DNA from: Octopus sinensis
Taxonomy: Eukaryota
Length of the DNA stretch: 64,000 nt
Reading direction: 5' to 3'
Assembly (NCBI RefSeq): GCF_006345805.1
Contig: NC_043002.1
Location: forward strand, 12,462,001 to 12,526,000
Positions 25,628 to 37,993 of this stretch are shown here, piece after piece. The stretch's first letter is position 1; every line of letters begins with the position of its first letter. A program made the translations under genes and the position numbers. The notes beneath the pieces were generated by a model. It saw nothing but the letters and a program-made list of their open reading frames with translations, did no database searches and was not told where the DNA came from.

Positions 25628-26347
25628 ATAATATATATATATATATTATATATATATATATATATATAAATGTATATATATTTATGTAAAAATAAACTAT
25701 TACTTCTAAATCCCTGAACGAGAAACATGCAGTGACAGAACGTTAGAGTAATGTGGAAGTCGTGGTTAGGACGAAGGTTGCTGCTACTTAGCTCCAGGTG
25801 TCACTTTGAAAAGTATATATTTCGAACAAGAACTAGTGCCGCCATCTCTAGCCAAGCGATTATTCTGTGCTGATGAAGAGAAATAACCTAGAAACCATTG
25901 GTACAAAAATATTGCTTTGAGCTGAGTGGAGACACTAGTTCCCTTGTTCGAAAATATGAGGGCGCAGTTAGTGCGCCGATTGTCAGCTGGAGAAGATGCC
26001 TTCCTGGTGCTAAATCGCAGCAACATTCATTCCAACCAGGACTGCCACTTTACGTTGGCAAATAAACTTTGCTATATATATATAAACCAAACTAGAGACG
26101 AACACTATTCCTGCATGTAATCGGCATGAATAATTGTTATATTCAGATATTTTTTGTAACATGAAACCAATGGTAGTTTTAATATACAAATGAAAACATT
26201 CTATGCAACAATTCAGTACTGAGCACCCGTTCTCATCGTTTGACATTTACCGTGTATAAATAAATAAATATATATATATATATATAATATATATATAATA
26301 TATATATATTATATATATATTATATATATATATATATATATGTGTGT

Positions 26348-26392
<45 letters not shown>

Positions 26393-26489
26393 ATATAAGA
26401 CACAAATATATAAATATATATGCATACATACACATATATATGTACATATATATATTTGTATATATATGAATATGTGGGCACAGGAGACG

Positions 26490-26940
26490 TCGGAACGTAA
26501 ATGATAGAAAATAAGCATAAAATACGAAAACAACATGAAATAAAAAATAGGAAAACATGGTATACGAACCTTTTTTCGAACAACGAAAGAAACAAACGGA
26601 AGACAAGAAGCACGAACAAAATACCCTTCATCAGTTATTGGCTTTTTTTCTACTTCGTATTTCGAGCTTGTCACAAGAAGATACGTTTTCGACATAACAT
26701 TTGCTTCCGCAAAGCAAATTAAGTAAAATTTGAGATTTTGCCAAGGGTCAAAGTTGGTAACAAAAGCAAGACGGTGAAAACAGACGGGAAAGACTGCTAA
26801 GTCTAGACGAGTTGAGTTGGTGTACGTAGAGAAACAAGCTCTGTCAGGGGACAGAGAAGAATGTGACCAATCCCTGTGAATGATCAGAGAGAAAGAAGAA
26901 AATTCAAGTTAGGAGAAGAAAGATGGCCGACGGTCACGTG
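26490..26940 (-). mobile_element. Probable Penelope-like fragment, related to 62185-62315
   Basis: ACAAG.AGCACGAA...TCTACT.C..ATTTCGAGC shared with the 62230-62280 segment. Confidence 0.4.
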
Positions 26941-27023
26941 CGAGAGAGAGAGCAAAAGTGGCAGAGTGCGGGAGAGAGAGAAAGAGAGACAATATACATA
27001 CATACATACATACATACATACAT

Positions 27024-27120
<97 letters not shown>

Positions 27121-27522
27121 AAAACTCTGAGCGAGGTATAAACAGTAGCTGCACGACATCGTGAAGTATATTTGCCACCTAAATGTGGTTAATCCTTAGG
27201 GGTCAATTCTATTCTAGCTTGTAGCCCAAGAAGACATCCATCCAGCTGGCTATTGACATACTACCTGTGCTCTATAAATATTTGCAAAGGGAAGTCATCG
27301 TTCCGAGCTAGAAGCCTGACGTATTACACACGGACCCGAGTTCCTGAGTATTTATTCGTCATCAGCGTGAGACAACCACAGGTTCGCGATGGGAGATCAT
27401 TTTCAATGCAAATATGTATATATACTTTTTCCAGTGAAGAAAAAGTCACTGATCTCGAAAAAGTGGAAACAAGCCATAATAAATCTCTGAGTGAGTTATA
27501 AACAGTAGATGCAAGACATATA

Positions 27523-27596
<74 letters not shown>

Positions 27597-27614
27597 CATA
27601 TATGTGCATACGTA

Positions 27615-27743
<129 letters not shown>

Positions 27744-27860
27744 TATCCATATATACTCACACACCACATTTACATGGACACATACATAGCGCTGTCGGTA
27801 GGCATTTAATCTGATTGACACGGGTTGAGTTGACGCTGTGGGTGCACGCTATAATTGTAT

Positions 27861-28210
27861 AGGTGCAGACATGACTGTGTGGTTAAGGAGCCTTTCCTTG
27901 CAACCTCGTCATTTCGAGTTCATTCCAACCGAGAGGCAAGTGTCTTCTACTCTAGCACCGGGCCTACCAAAGACTTGCGTGTTTGTGTTTGTACATTAGT
28001 CTTTGTCCATCCCACCTCTTCACACCTGGTGTGGGTTTGTTTACTTCCGCATAACTTAGGTGTTCTGACAAAAGAGACTGAGACCGATAGAATAAGAACC
28101 AGATTGTAGAAATAAGAACTGGGTGTCGACTTGTTCGAATGAACCCCTCAAGGCAGTGCCCCAGTAAGGCCGCAGTCCAATAACCGTTAAAAGCAAAGGT
28201 AATAAGATAA
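27861..28210 (+). mobile_element. SINE family A, old diverged copy
   Basis: GACTGTGTGGTTAAG head, GGCAAGTGTCTTCTACT core, GACCGATAGAATAAG, GGCCGCAGTCCAA tail. Confidence 0.75.
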
Positions 28211-28237
28211 ACGATGTTTATAAATCAGTAGGTACGT

Positions 28238-28602
28238 TTTCTAGAAGATTGATAAATGAGGCAAAAGAGATTTCTATTGCAACCATTAGAGATATTTTTG
28301 TAGTTCCCAGGACAAAATAATTGATTTAGTCAAGATACTGAAAAGAGATAGACATCGACAGATCGTTGTAGATATGTTCAATTGATACGTGGTTAGTATT
28401 ATAGTTGTTGTTATCAAACTTGTACAGCTATTGCTATCAGCAGAAGATATCAAAAGCGATATAGCAATGACGTAGGAGGCCCAGTTATAAATCATTCAGA
28501 CGACCTTGTCAGGTTACCAGGGAAACAAGTGTGGATATAAACACACGTAGAAGTTCTCTATAACTTTAATCTAATCTCTAATTCTACTCTAACTGTAGAT
28601 GG
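28238..28602. repeat. 365-bp direct repeat, copy 1
   Basis: Matches 34152-34516 with ~4 mismatches seen. Confidence 0.95.
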
Positions 28603-28667
28603 CTATTATGTATAGGCATATATGTATGTATGTATATATATATATATTATATATATAGGCATATATG

Positions 28668-28740
<73 letters not shown>

Positions 28741-28979
28741 ATATATATACATATATGTGCATACGTATGCATATATATATATATACATTTATACATACAT
28801 ACATGCATACATACAAATACACACACATACACACATATATAGATTAGTTAATGGACAAACGAAAGGAGATGGTACACAACAAATTTGATTCGGTTACATG
28901 TATCTTGAAGTTTCGTAGGCTCATGAAAGAAATTTAACATGTCAGAATGTTATCAACCAATATCTATGTATCTGTCAAG

Positions 28980-29054
<75 letters not shown>

Positions 29055-29055
<1 letters not shown>

Positions 29056-30720
29056 GACAACAACAATTCCCTTCAACCACTGCTCACTCCATCACCAACA
29101 AGTGAAAAATTAACGACGACAAGCAAACGAAATGCCGAAATTTGCGCTAATGCAGGACTAAATTACGCAGGCAATTTTCCACCCCTTGCTAGTTGCATAA
29201 TCAGCAACCACAAACCTACACCCCACACCCCTGCCATCAAACCAACACCACCGGCAGTAGTAACAACAATAACAAAACAACAACAAACTTCGCCGAGGCG
29301 ATAAAAGAAAAGGTAACAAAAGTTTCGTTACTACACAACAGATTAAAGATTGCAGAAACCTTATTACAAATGAAAACGGAAAAATACTCTTACACATACC
29401 TCAGCACATACTGAATGAGGAGAAAAAAAGACAATTGTATATAAAATCACAATAAAAAAACTAAAAGTCCAGAAAAGGCAAGCACAGACAAAGTCGAAAA
29501 GTGCTTACGCCCCATCTGGGGATACAAGGATTGTGTGACTTGGGCGAACAAGTTCGCACACGTACAGGTGGTTTTTCAGAATGAAGAGTTGGCGAAGAAA
29601 TTCTCAACGATAACCCTTCATTCTGATGAACTAACTTTGTCCCGAGTTACCTCGGCCAGAAGGTGACGAAAGTCATTATCAGTGGTGTCCCCCAAGTGAC
29701 TACAACACTGTGGATAACATCCGCCTTAACATCCGAAATGGAGGACTTAAACATCCTAGATATCGGTGTTTCGGAAAACAAGGACTGGCTGGGAAAGAGA
29801 ATAGAGTTCCTCTTCCACATAAGTCAAGAGGACATAAATAAAATTCCCACCCACGTACATCTTGAAGATGGCCGCAAGTTATACGTAGTAGTCGAGGGCA
29901 GAAGGCCACGATGCTATACATGTGGCAGTGAGGCACACCTCAAAAAGGAGTGCAAATCTGCCGCAAAATTACAACAACAACAATAGCCACAGGAAAAATC
30001 ACAAAAGCAGGATTATTGCCCACACCACATATGGACAGCTAGTCAAGAAGCTGTATGCGGAAATGCAGGAAAAACAACAAGAACAAGCCAACCCAACCAA
30101 ACAACACCAAAACCCAGCGCCAAGAACAGAATCATCACCACCAACAACAAATAAACCAATTCCAACACCAAGAACAACAGCAAAACCCAAAGGAACAGAA
30201 AAACAAAGAAAACAACACAAACTGATCCCCCATCCCTTATACCGCACTCAACACACACAACACTCAACAACCAACAACAACGAAAACAACAACACAACCA
30301 CTTACACAGACATACATAGAAGCCCACAACATACCCTACCCCCTTCTGATTCCTCAGAAATTCGTCGGTCGGAAGACGAAACCAGTGAGGAATGGCAAAT
30401 AGCTACAAAAAGAAGGAAAATAAAGAGCAGAAACACAACCAAACCAAATGCAAACACGAACAAAGCAGGGGGAAATACAACTCCCGAAGACATTTCAAAA
30501 CCCAACGCAAACAACAGCCACACCAACACCACAAAAACATATACAGCAAACATGCTCACAGCCATAGACACCAAAAACACAAATTTGATGGAATACATCC
30601 AATCAAAAACAAATAGGAATAAAAGGAGGGCTTTCATTCGTCGGGAAATATATACCATACAGTGTTATTTTACGTTCAATAATAAGATTTATTAACTTTG
30701 AAAGAAAAGTTCTTTGGATT
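29055..30720 (+). pseudogene. L1/Tx1-like ORF1 (gag-like, CCHC zinc knuckle), frameshifted
   Basis: YLGQKVTKVIISGVP...KIPTHVHLEDGRKLYVVVEGRRPRCYTCGSEAHLKKEC (CX2CX4HX4C), then a low-complexity T/N/Q/P region and EEWQIATKRRK; starts right after a (TCTA)n tract. Confidence 0.8.
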
Positions 30721-30758
30721 GTCACTATTCTGCTTCTCACAAATGGAATGAAATAATA

Positions 30759-31979
30759 TTGGGTTGTCCGGAAAGTTCGTGTCGATTTATAGTAGCTTAA
30801 CTTTCGACTTATTTTAGAACATGTTTGAGTCCATAAAATAGGATTTGACCACACCTCCATTTAGAGCACAGTTTAAGCTACCTTTTCGTGGAAGAAGGTT
30901 TATGTTTCTATAACCTGTGTTAATTGTGTAACCCTTTAAAATGGAAGATAAGAAAGTTCATTTTCGGCACTTGGTGCTTTTCTTTTTCCGTAAACTGAAA
31001 AATGCCTCACAAGCAACCAAAGAAATATGCGCAGTTTATGGTGATGTTTCTTTATCAGAAAGAACTGTATGGAAGTGGCTCGCAAGGTTCCGAGCTGGAA
31101 ATTGTAGCCTTATTGATAAAGAGCGATCAGACAGACCATCCACTACAGATGATGACCAAATCAAGTCATTATTTCAGAGTAACTCACATTGCACAACACC
31201 AGAATTGGCAGAAGCCGCAACCTATCAAAATCCGTCGGTCGTGAGCACCTGGTAAAACTTAGATACACAAATCGCTACAATGTTTGGGTACCACATGAGT
31301 TGAATGAGAAGAACCATTTGGATCGCATTTCCATCCGTGATTCGCTTTATAAACGGAATGAAAACGCGCCTTTTTTAAAGCAAATTGTGACAGGTGATGA
31401 GAAATGGATTATCTACCGAAATGTTCAGAGAAAGCGATCCTGGAGTAAGCAACATGAGCCACCCTTAGCCACCCCAAAAGTCTTGCTTTGTATCTGGTGG
31501 GATTGGAAAGGAATACTGTACTATGAGCTTCTTCCAAGTAACCAGACAATTAATTCTGAGAAATACTGCACAAAACTGGACGAGTTAAAAGCAGCAATTC
31601 AAGAGAAACGTCCAGAATTGGCCAACAGGAGGGTGTTGTTTTCCAACATGATGCAAGACCGCACGTTTCTTTAGGAACCAGACAAAATTTGCTGCAGCTC
31701 GGCTGGGATGTGTACCCCCACCCTCCCTATTCATCAGATATTGCTCCTTCGGATTTCCACTTATTCAGGTCTCAGCAGAAGTCTTGGATGACGTAAAAAG
31801 ATACGTTGATGAATTCTTTGCCTTGAAACCACCTCAATTCTGGGAAGAGGGTATTTTCTAGTTAAAAGAAAAGGCGGAGACATATTGTGCAACAAAATGG
31901 TTCATATTTGGTTGATTAAAAATGTAATAGCAAGTATTTATTGACTTTTTTCTTTCCTTTTTCTGTCCGGACAACCCAG
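30759..31979 (+). mobile_element. Mariner (DD34D) transposon, near full length, defective
   Basis: TA|TTGGGTTGTCCGGAAAG ... CTGTCCGGACAACCCAG|TA inverted termini with TA target duplication. Confidence 0.95.
30941..31919 (+). pseudogene. Mariner transposase pseudogene
   Basis: MEDKKVHFRH start, WVPHEL, IVTGDEKW, VLLCIWWDWKG, HDARPH, YSSDIAPSDFHLF; several frameshifts. Confidence 0.95.
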
Positions 31980-32317
31980 TAGAATGAAACGAAATGAAAT
32001 AAAATTGAATAAAATAATATTCTTAATAGGTTTAACGACTTTCTAGCCAATGAAAACGTTCGTACTTCAAGCAAATTATTAAAAGTAGCGACGTAGATAT
32101 AGTGAAATATAGTTATCTCCCATTGCTTTTGAACTTTTCTATCCGAGAAGACACGGAAGAGGTGCAAAAGGAAGCAGCTAACAATTTGATGTTCTACAAT
32201 TGTTTATATATACATATTTTATATACATTTTTATATACATACATGTTAATATACATTTTATAGCCTGTACCCATGTATGAGCTTAACACGGTAACCTCGA
32301 AGCTTACATCTGGATGG

Positions 32318-32318
32318 A

Positions 32319-32396
<78 letters not shown>

Positions 32397-32552
32397 ATTG
32401 TTGTTGTGATCATCATCATCACCACCACCACCACCACAATCTTCCTCCTCCTCATCATCATCCTCCTCCTCCTCCTCCTCATTATTATCATCATTATTAT
32501 CATCATCATCATCATCATCATCATTATTATTATTATTATTATTATTATGATT
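32318..32552. repeat. (TTA)n/(TCA)n/(CCT)n compound microsatellite
   Basis: Direct reading; adjoins the 3' end of the RLE LINE. Confidence 0.95.
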
Positions 32553-33665
32553 ATATAACTGTTCAATATTTGGTAGACTGAGGCAAATTTCTACTGCATC
32601 CCCTGCTACACCTCCGAGTTTCTGGAGTGTGTGCAGCATTGTGTGTTCTTTTCTGCTGTTGGGAGAGGGGAAACTCTTCCCGGTACTGTATTGTGACAGC
32701 TTTTTTACCTTGAGATGTGCTGCTGTCTTTTGTTGTGTTAATGCTTGTATTGCGTATTGAGTGTGTAACGCCTTGGTTTTGAGGTTTGCTGGTGGGAGTT
32801 TATTTCACTGGGTAAATGCTGAATGCTGTATAGAGTGTGTCTTTTATTTGTGGGTTGGTTTGTTTAGCTTGTATTATTGGATTCATAGTGTTTTGAGTAG
32901 GATGTGGGCTGTTTCTAGGGGGACTATTTTTTGCACAGTGTATAGTCTTGAGGATCCAGGTATAGCTTTTACGTTTTTGTCATGCCCAATGCTCCAGTTA
33001 TTATTGGCGTTGTTTTTATCTTCATGCCCCACATTTTGAATACCTCAATTTCTAGTTCTTTGTTCTTCGACAATTTCTCCACTTCTTTTTCGACCAGAAG
33101 AGACTGCAATGTCTATCAGTAAGCAAGTGCTTTTCTCCCCAATCCTTGACTTTTATGTCTGAGCGATTCGCTGTTATTTCTTATATCTTGCTTGGCACAT
33201 GTTTATACCACCTGATGTCAGTTTTGATATTGTAATGTTGTTCCTTCTCGAGCCATGCCTGGCTCATAAAGGCCGGTTTCCCGGTTTCCTTGCCGTATAG
33301 GTTCCCCACCTGGACGGGACGACAGTCCATCGCAGGTGGGCTGCAGGATGCAAGAGGAAAGAGTGAGAGAAAGTTGTGGCGAAAGAGTCAGCAGAAGTTC
33401 GCCATTACCTTCTGCCGGAGCTGCGTGGAGCTTAGGTGTTTCGCTCATGAACACACACATCGCCCGGTCTGAGATTCGAACCCGCGATCCCTCGTCAGCG
33501 AGTCCGGTGCTCTAACCACTAGGCCATGTGCCTCCACATTGTAATGTTGGTATATTGTCCAGTGGATATAACTGCTTACTTTGTCGTGTCTGTGTACATA
33601 TTGAGACACGTCAAGGACTGGGCAGTCCGAGATGATGTGGCCAATTGTCTCATTGTGTTGTCCTA
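32553..33665 (-). mobile_element. R4/Dong-like RLE non-LTR retrotransposon 3' fragment, SINE-interrupted
   Basis: ETIGHIISDCPVL...RHDKVSSYIHW (knuckle region). Removing the SINE gives YQHYNIKTDIRWYKH...NRSDI...CLLIDIAV...EKLSKNKELEIEVFKMW...PIITGALG...QKIVPLETAHIL. The 3' end runs into (TAA)n. Confidence 0.85.
33241..33537 (-). mobile_element. Full-length tRNA-derived SINE with 12-bp TSD (V-SINE-like central segment)
   Basis: TSD ATTGTAATGTTG at 33229-33240 and 33538-33549; A box TGGCCTAGTGG, B box GGTTCGAATCT; CCTGCGATGGACTG..CCCGTCCAGG segment. Confidence 0.9.
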
Positions 33666-34151
33666 GATATAAGTAGTAATCCAAAACAACATAATTTAAT
33701 ATAAAATATATAAATGTACAAATGATAATTTGTTATTGTTTTAAGTGTGTTTCGTAAATCAGAAATTATGTCTCATGACAAAGTGCAGACTAGTTAGACA
33801 AACTGGAGCTTGATTGATATATGTTACAGAAGCTGTATAAAGCGTAAGAGAACAAGTAAATTTCATTTGGTTGATTATATTCGTAGACAGGAAGCATAAG
33901 AACAACAACGAAGTCGATAGTTCTGAAAACGTTATATCGACAAAGAAGAAAAAAACCTAAGTGAGATGTTTGGCGGGGACTAAGATAATAAATCAGAAAA
34001 AGGCAAAAAGCAAAATAAAATAAAAGAAGAAAAATTAGGATTTTGGTTGCGTACTTATTGGAAATTTTGTTATATAGAAAAGAGATGAGATAAAAAGTTG
34101 TAGGAAAGAAAGCACAGGCGAACGTGGATAAATAAATAGAAGCAGATATGA

Positions 34152-34516
34152 TTTCTAGAAGATTGATAAATGAGGCAAAAGAGATTTCTATTGCAAACAT
34201 TAGAGATATTTTTGTAGTTCCCAGGACAAAATAATTGATTTAGTCAAGATACTGAAAAGAGATAGACATCGACAGATCGTTGTAGATATGTTCAATTGAT
34301 ACGTGGTTAGTATTATAGTTGTTGTTATCAAACTTGTACAGCTATTGCTATCTGCAGAAGATATCAAAAGCGATATAGCAATGACGTAGGAGGCCCAGTT
34401 ATAAATCATTCAGACGACCTTGTCAGGTTACCAGGGAAACAAGTGTGGATATAAACACACGTAGAAGTTCTCTATAACTTTAATCTAATCTCTAATTCTA
34501 CTCTAGCTGTAAATGG
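34152..34516. repeat. 365-bp direct repeat, copy 2
   Basis: Matches 28238-28602. Confidence 0.95.
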
Positions 34517-34724
34517 GAATTAGTTGAGGCTAGTCAATATAGTATATCAATACGCATTATTTGATTTTCCATTCAAACTTCCAGGAAAAACATTAACTGC
34601 ATAGAAAAACGTCTACATTTATGAATACATTCAAAAACATATATATCTGTGTGTGTGTGTATGTATATATATGTATATGTATATGTATATATGTATGTAT
34701 ATGCATATGTATAGCCACTACACA

Positions 34725-34883
34725 TTCTTTATTTTCTCTCCTTGTTTCTTTCAGTGTTCCTTTCTGTGGAAGAGCGTAGGCTCGAAACGTTAAAGACCTT
34801 TTCACTTCCCGAGCGTTAAACTAATACATCTGTTTCTTGTCTACACCACATGTCTTTGTCATTTTTTTTTTGTTAATTCTCAC
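34725..34883 (+). mobile_element. Penelope-like tail family P1
   Basis: CTTT-CTGTGGA-A-GAGC-GTAG-GCTC-GAAA-CG-TT-AAAG. Confidence 0.7.
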
Positions 34884-35336
34884 CTATGTATCAATATATA
34901 TATATATATATACACATCCATATACACGCACACACACATAGTTGATTGTTAATGTGTACTTATACAAAGTTAACACACAAGTGTGCATATAATTGTAACA
35001 TATTCGCATGCACATACAGAGGTGTAGCTGCATGGCGGTCGTCATATAACCAACATGCGTACGTACATAATGTACGGACACTCACATACACACACATGCA
35101 CACACATACACACATACACACACACATGTATATTTAATACAAAATGAAGGAAGACAATACAGGATTGCCAAGTTCTAACAAATTTATTAACTTGAAAAGG
35201 AAGGGCAAGAGTTTTGACGTTTCGGTTTCTGATCCTTTCTCATAAAGAAATATAGAGAAAAGTATAGGTAGGAAGGAACAGAAAAATACAACTCTCTGTC
35301 TCTCTCCTTCTCTCTGTCTCTCTTACTCCTCCTTCC

Positions 35337-35363
<27 letters not shown>

Positions 35364-35367
<4 letters not shown>

Positions 35368-35441
35368 AATTACCTGTATCTTGAAGAAAGAAAAAAAAAA
35401 AAATATATATATATTTATCTTCAAGATACAGGTAACTCTTT
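35364..35441. repeat. 24-bp inverted repeat (hairpin)
   Basis: AAAGAATTACCTGTATCTTGAAGA / TCTTCAAGATACAGGTAACTCTTT, 23/24 complementary, 30-nt A/TA spacer. Confidence 0.85.
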
Positions 35442-35947
35442 CGCATTATTTAAATAGCTTCCACACCACCATATCAGCTAATTCTTCCCCAGTTACAACT
35501 TCAATCTTTTTGCTCTCCAATACCGTTTGCTTTTCACCAACATATTAAGCTGTTCCCGAGAAAAAGGATGCGTAAAATCGTCAAGAGTAACACTGAAATC
35601 TTCCCTCCCTCACTCCCTTCCTCCCAATCTCTTTCCCCTGTCTCCCCTTCTCTCCGTCCCTCCCACTCTCCCCATCTATCCTCTCTCTCTCTCTGTTTCT
35701 CTATCTGTCTACATGTATGTGCTCATACACACACGTATACGCACGCATGCACAACAAACACACACACACACACACACACGAAAATACACACACAAGTTTG
35801 TATATATATATGCATACACATATGTTTGTATATATGTATAAATGAATGTGTACACACACATATGTACAAATATATATATGTGTGTGTGTATGTACGTGCG
35901 TATGTATGTATGTATGTATGTATGTATGTATGTATGTATGTATGTAC

Positions 35948-36285
35948 GTGTCAAGTCCTCGTTAAAGGCCTTTGATATGCAGGACACTGACTGGGAGAGC
36001 AATGCCTGTCATCGCCACAGATGGAGAAAGCAGCTTAAGGAGGGGATCGACACTTTTGAGAGAGCACGTATCCAGCATGAAGAACTTAAGCGTGCTGCGC
36101 GAAAGCGCACGGCTCGTATAGTGAATGGGGAAAGCTTGGTCTGCAATGTTTGCAGTCGTGTATGCTTGTCAAGAGCAGGGCTAATTAGCCATCAACGCAA
36201 ATGTAAAATCTAAGTTAGTCCTAGAGCGCACAATGTTCCTGAAGGTCGGCAATGGTCTTCCTCGGTCACGAGTGGACGGCCATCA
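35948..36285 (+). mobile_element. RTE-clade LINE 3' end inserted in (TATG)n
   Basis: KSSLKAFDMQDTDWESNACHRHRWRKQLKEGIDTFE...CNVCSRVCLSRAGLISHQRKC, the typical RTE/BovB C-terminus. Confidence 0.85.
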
Positions 36286-37151
36286 TGTATGTATGTATGT
36301 ATTATGTATGTATGTATGTATGTATGTATGTATGTATGTATGTATGTATGCATGCATATATGTACACCTTTTGAAACCCGTAAGTACAGAAAGTAACTTA
36401 CTGGAAATCAGGGTAAGACCACATAATGTTAGTCCTCTGAGAAAAGTGTCTGATAGCCAGTCCTCTCCTGAGACCAGTGTACAAGAATATGTGTCACCTA
36501 TTTGTCTCATAACTGAGGGCCTTTGCAGGCAATACCGTCCTAAACCAGAGCTGGTTTAGTAGTAAAAAGACGGGGTAATTCCACACTTACCTAAATTCTT
36601 AAGCTCTCGAACGACAGCCTCGTTGCAAGCCGAAAGCAAAGCTAAAAAGGGAAGTAAAGAAACAGAAGTGTTCCAATGTCAAACTTGCATGTTTATTCAT
36701 AAAACATTCCGGCAGATTTGAACATGAATGTGCCAATCGTTGTTTTGTTTTGTCACAGGAGAATGACTTCTTTCTGACAAATACATGTTCGTAACATACT
36801 CGATTCATTACTACAAGGGGTTTCTAGCACAGCCGGTACCTTGAACACTTTGTATCTCGTCAGCCAGAGGCACCTCGGACTAATGAATCTAACGATGATC
36901 TTGTTTATTAGCTTCAGCTAGCAAACTTCATTGTATTCATTAGGTCACGTTACAACTTCATTTGTACTTTATCAGAGCCCAGTCCTGGGCGCCAAAGGGC
37001 AAAAATTTGTCCCTTCTCAAAGGGGCGTAAAGTGAAAATCGTAACGTATTTCTACTTAATCCAATAATCTACCGACTTGGTCACTGTACTGTCTTCAAAA
37101 CAGTAAAATATTATATGCGCTGTCTTACCCACGTTATATGGGCTGCGATAA

Positions 37152-37387
37152 GGCGGCGAGCTGGCGAAAACGTTAGCACGCCGGGCGAAATGCTTAGCCG
37201 TATTTCGTCTGCGGTTACGTTCTGAGTTCAAATTCCGCCGAGGTCGACTTTGCCTTTCATCCTTTCGGGGTCGATAAATTAAGTACCAGTTACGCACTGG
37301 GGTCTATATAATCGACTTAATCCGTTTGTCTGTCCTTGTTTGTCCTCTCTGTGTTTAGCCCCTTGTGGGTAGTAAAGAAATAGGTAT
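37152..37387 (+). mobile_element. SINE family B, young monomer
   Basis: GGCGGCGAGCTGGCG.AAACGTTAGCACGCCGG head, GAGTTCAAATTCC B box, core GCCTTTCATCCTTTCGGGGTCGATAAATTAAGTACCAG (resembles the Meta/MESC-type domain, from memory). Confidence 0.92.
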
Positions 37388-37461
37388 ATGGGCTCTTGAT
37401 ATCATCAACGTTTGACGGCAAATAATAAGAAAAACGAAAAATTCCAATCAGCTTTTTACAA

Positions 37462-37765
37462 GCGAGCATAACTGTGTGGCTAAGAAGCTAGCCTTGCAAC
37501 CACATGATTTCGGGTTCAGTTCCCCTGCACAGTACCTTGGGCAAATATTTCCCCGCTACCACATAACGATCAGTGTTGGTTTGTTTGTGTCCCTCGTAAG
37601 TTAGCAGTTCGGTGAAAAAGCCCTGCAATATAAGGATAAGATTTACAAAAGAAAAAGAAAAAAAGAAAAAAATGGGCTGAAGTCGATTTGTTTAACTAAA
37701 AGTTTTAGGGCGGCGCTCCAGTATGACCGTAGATCAACAAGTGAAGCAAGAAAGGATAAAAGAGA
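37462..37765 (+). mobile_element. SINE family A, old copy
   Basis: ACTGTGTGGCTAAGAAGC, GGGTTCAGTTCC, CCTTGGGCAAA, GGCGCTCCAGTATGACCG. Confidence 0.7.
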
Positions 37766-37993
37766 ATATCATATGTCCGGTTTCTGTTCTATTCTTGTTT
37801 TCTTTCTTCCTTTCTTCGTTCTATGGTTTTATTTTTTTTTAATTAGTTGATATAACCTATTCAGTTAAGTAAACGCGGTGTCATAATTTATTTGTCCTCA
37901 TATCAATCAAATGTAATTTCACTCTAAATCAAACACTCACATATTACATAGTTAACAATTAACCGAAAGGCAACGACATAATGACGGAACATA

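Noticed and set aside
25700-26250. Complex unique block with short ORFs on both strands
   Set aside because: No recognisable domain or convincing splice-site pair; left unassigned
27389-27412. GAGATCATT bantam-like seed
   Set aside because: Only the seed matches; no hairpin or 3' similarity
33241-33537. tRNA-like sequences (also 10293, 25170, 51586)
   Set aside because: Only A/B boxes are retained with no complete cloverleaf, and they continue into SINE cores; one has a TSD
28238-34516. LTR retrotransposon (direct repeats plus gag knuckle)
   Set aside because: No TG..CA, PBS, PPT or TSD; the interior consists of unrelated, older elements and the ORF1 is of non-LTR type
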